A DNA stretch of 60,663 nt. Origin: Deltaproteobacteria bacterium. Lineage in GTDB: Bacteria; Desulfobacterota; JACPFL01. The position numbers were made by a program, and so were the translations under genes. The notes below the pieces were generated by a model. It was not told the DNA's origin. It did no database searches and saw only the letters and a program-made list of their open reading frames with translations. The stretch lies in assembly GCA_016183025.1 (NCBI GenBank), contig JACPFL010000027.1, forward strand, positions 1 to 60,663, written 5' to 3'. Below, one piece after another: positions 60,127 through 60,663 of the stretch (position 1 is the stretch's first letter; each line of letters starts with the position of its first letter).

Positions 60127-60645
60127 TTAGTCTTTCCCCTTGCGCTCTTCTCGCTCCCGACGCTCCACTCGCTCGAGCCGCTCGGGTCGCTCGATCTTCT
60201 CGATCCGCTCGGCGCGCCGTTCCACGCGCCCGAGCCGCTCCGTCCGCTGCACCTTCTCGACCCGCTCAGCACGTTCCACCTTCTCCTGTCGCTCAACTTT
60301 CTCCGGCTTCTCAGCCTTCTCCACCTTCTCCAGCTTGTGAGCCGTCTTGCCCCTCTCGGGGATCTGGCTGGCGGCTACGTTTTTTTCTGCCTTCTTCACC
60401 TCCGAGATCACCCTGCCGAGCTTCAGGTCCATGTCACGGGCGATCCGCCCCCAACCCTCTCCGTCCTCGCGCTTGGCCAGGATCCGGTCGATGGCCACGT
60501 CCATGGAGACCTTGTCCCGCGTGGATACCTCCTGGGCGAGGGCCAGGGCGATCCCGATCTCGCCGAAGCCGAGCTTCTTCTCTTCGTGCAGGCTGGTGAC
60601 CTTGCTCTCCGGCACCTGGAACGTCTGGGCCAGCCTGGTCGTCAC
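60127..60645 (-). CDS. Hypothetical protein with a duplicated G-x-G-E/R-I helical motif and a long (E-[KR]-x)n charged tail; may extend beyond the window
   Basis: The track start is a GTG at 60645, and the frame stays open to the window end (60663). The N-terminal part has LGFGEIGIALALAQ and GWGRIARDMDLKLG. The C-terminal ~68 residues are EKV/EKA/ERV-type triplets. Confidence 0.55.
   Translation of the reverse strand: MTTRLAQTFQVPESKVTSLHEEKKLGFGEIGIALALAQEVSTRDKVSMDVAIDRILAKREDGEGWGRIARDMDLKLGRVISEVKKAEKNVAASQIPERGKTAHKLEKVEKAEKPEKVERQEKVERAERVEKVQRTERLGRVERRAERIEKIERPERLERVERREREERKGKD
60130..60336 (-). repeat. Coding 9-nt-period repeat tract (Glu-Lys/Arg-x tripeptides, about 22 units)
   Basis: The encoded sequence is LEKVEKAEKPEKVERQEKVERAERVEKVQRTERLGRVERRAERIEKIERPERLERVERREREERKGKD. 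The plus-strand DNA shows recurring ctcgatc/gagccgctc/ccgctc units. Confidence 0.7.
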
Positions 60646-60663
60646 CCGCTGAGTGCCCGCAGG

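Noticed and set aside
60130-60340. The periodic short repeats looked superficially like a repeat array (CRISPR or minisatellite).
   Set aside because: The period is 9 nt with no spacers, it lies in frame inside an ORF, and it encodes E-[KR]-x tripeptides. It is a coding low-complexity repeat, not CRISPR.

Overview
This is a GC-rich chromosomal segment (about two-thirds G+C by eye, not computed). It appears to come from a diderm bacterium, because it carries an OprO/P-type porin, a PagL-like lipid A deacylase, an AsmA-like envelope protein and lipobox lipoproteins. The gene mix (many NMT1-type binding proteins, MmgE/PrpD, amidohydrolase-2, Cox-like Mo-hydroxylase, a hopanoid cluster) resembles uncultured soil lineages such as Rokubacteria/NC10, but that is only a guess. 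I support about 55 protein genes and one tRNA. I saw no rRNA, CRISPR array, transposase, integrase or phage gene. Most long ORFs in the track are GC-driven antisense or alternate-frame artefacts (Arg/Pro/Gly/Ala-rich, overlapping family-recognisable genes), and I discarded them.

Gene order:
- 1-3990 (-): binding protein plus a three-subunit molybdenum hydroxylase.
- 4272-5928: small RHH/cupin/NTF2-like genes and a membrane-anchored Mrr-like protein.
- 6128-22726 (+): one long co-directional run. It holds two tandem aldehyde dehydrogenases (the first disrupted), enoyl-CoA hydratase, NAD-type formate dehydrogenase fdsGBA, a GGT-like gene, fixCX, an MFS transporter, an amidohydrolase and a split NDP-forming acyl-CoA synthetase.
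- 22870-24073: an HU/IHF gene, an aberrant endonuclease-III-like ORF and tRNA-Val(CAC).
- 24070-28854: a binding protein - tandem nitrilase - PrpD operon (-) facing a V4R gene.
- 29090-36278: hopanoid cluster (shc with a frameshift, hpnA, DUF422-like, hpnH, hpnG, yjbQ, one squalene-synthase-family gene).
- 36291-41570: a second PrpD paralogue with an Fe(III)-type ABC importer.
- 41907-44175: PagL-like gene and phosphate-porin gene.
- 44345-47095: B12-radical-SAM gene with a STAS-like tail, divergent from a TauE/TSUP gene.
- 47229-53992: tightly coupled serC-like/serA/hisZ/purA/lipoprotein chain.
- 54003-58737 (-): a YdbH/AsmA-like giant plus a lipobox-DUF1318 protein.
- 58848-60663: a further orphan binding protein and a charged-repeat protein.

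I found no clear defence or mobile system. The most unusual items are the radical-SAM/STAS-like fusion, the YdbH-like + lipobox-DUF1318 pair, the half-dead tandem nitrilase operon, and the non-canonical hopanoid cluster. Three genes look disrupted (ALDH-1, shc, endonuclease-III-like), so assembly quality should be checked before reading them biologically. All family calls come from by-eye motif recognition. No searches were run.
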